Shown: positions 63,078 through 64,000 of the stretch, one piece after another
Position numbering within the stretch: the first letter of the stretch is position 1
Layout: every line of letters starts with the position of its first letter
Assembly (NCBI GenBank): GCA_003446375.1
Contig: DMAW01000007.1
Location: 1,863 to 65,862 of the forward strand
Length of the DNA: 64,000 nucleotides
Reading direction: 5' to 3'
Origin: Eubacteriaceae bacterium
GTDB lineage: Bacteria > Bacillota > Clostridia > Eubacteriales > Alkalibacteraceae
The notes under the pieces: generated by a model
Database searches by the model: none
What the model was told of the DNA's origin: nothing
What the model saw: only the letters and a program-made list of their open reading frames with translations
Position numbers and translations under genes: made by a program

Positions 63078-64000
63078 ATGATTAACTACTATATAGACGG
63101 TGTCAACGACATACATTTTCAAGAGCTTCTAGGCTATGAGCGTATTAATGAAGAAATCGAGCAGGTTATGCGTAAATTCGGATACAAACCTATTTTAACA
63201 CCAAATTTTGAATACTACGATATGTACAGCATGGATCAATCCCTATCAAGAGACAAAATGTTCAAGCTGGTTGATAGGACAGGCAAAGTGCTTGTTTTAA
63301 GGCCAGACGCTACCATACCTATATGCAGGATGGCTGCCAATACTTTTAAGGATCCAAATGAAATCCTTAAATTCAGCTATGTAACCACCATATTCAGAGA
63401 AGATAACAGCAAGACCAACTACAAAAAAGATTTTATCCAAGGCGGCGTAGAATATTTTGGCAATAATTCACCTGATTGCGATGCCGAAATCATAGCTGTT
63501 GCAATTTCAATGCTTCTTAATCTCGGCATGGACAAGATCCATATCGATATCGGTCAAGTAGCTTTTTTAGAAGGGTTATTTCACGGTCTTGACCTTTCAA
63601 GTAAGGAAAAAGAACGCATAAACGAACTAATAGAAAATAAAAACCTAGGAGATCTCAAGCTTTATTTAAACAAGCTGCAGATATCTTCAGAAGTCTTTGA
63701 AACGATAATAAAAATTCCAATGCTGTTTGGTTCCTACCAAAAGGTAATTCCACAAGCTGAAAAATTATGTATAAACGACTCAATGAAAAAGGCCCTATCC
63801 AACATAAAAGAAGTATACGATATCCTCAAGCTCTATGGATTCGAAAAGTACATCTATTTAGACTTTGGCTTTACCAATCAGCTAAACTACTATTCTGGTC
63901 TTATATTTAAGGGATACGCAGAAGATTGCGGGGATTCCATACTTTCCGGTGGACGTTACGACCAACTTTCCTCCACATTTGGAGTAGATAGACCGGCAAT
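63078..64000 (+). CDS. hisZ: ATP phosphoribosyltransferase regulatory subunit (runs off the window); absent from ORF track
   Basis: Manual translation: MINYYIDG...TPNFEYYD...LVLRPDATIPICR...QGGVEYFG...YYSGLIFKGY...SGGRYD; GGAGG RBS. Confidence 0.85.
   Translation, partial: MINYYIDGVNDIHFQELLGYERINEEIEQVMRKFGYKPILTPNFEYYDMYSMDQSLSRDKMFKLVDRTGKVLVLRPDATIPICRMAANTFKDPNEILKFSYVTTIFREDNSKTNYKKDFIQGGVEYFGNNSPDCDAEIIAVAISMLLNLGMDKIHIDIGQVAFLEGLFHGLDLSSKEKERINELIENKNLGDLKLYLNKLQISSEVFETIIKIPMLFGSYQKVIPQAEKLCINDSMKKALSNIKEVYDILKLYGFEKYIYLDFGFTNQLNYYSGLIFKGYAEDCGDSILSGGRYDQLSSTFGVDRPA

Overview
Housekeeping-rich chromosomal segment of a low-GC Firmicute, most likely Clostridia (sigma-A promoters, GGAGG ribosome-binding sites, T-box leaders, DnaD/DnaC pair, split transketolase). 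About 60 CDSs, mostly on the minus strand: a Leu T-box ilvC-ilvD-ilvB-leuA-cimA operon, murA-walJ-htrA, tatD-yabE, aroF-tyrA, rho, pyrG, alr, mtnN, deoD, a lone Trp T-box trpB, an Ile T-box ileS, leuCD, asnS, cca-mntP-rnmV-rsmA, and a truncated hisZ, plus tRNA-Pro(CGG). No transposase, integrase, phage gene or CRISPR array was seen. The best signals lie outside the ORF track. (1) An unannotated 38-aa Phe/Tyr/Trp-rich leader peptide sits between a consensus promoter and an intrinsic terminator directly ahead of aroF-tyrA, a candidate ribosome-mediated attenuator. (2) A cluster of about 11 DnaA boxes lies between pyrG and rho, away from dnaA. (3) Rho carries two tandem RNA-binding OB domains. 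(4) A stand-alone B12-binding protein is translationally coupled to a MacB/LolE-type ABC system. (5) A LexA box overlaps the promoter of the uncharacterised radical-SAM/TIGR03915 pair. All calls were made by eye from sequence motifs; no database search or RNA folding was run.
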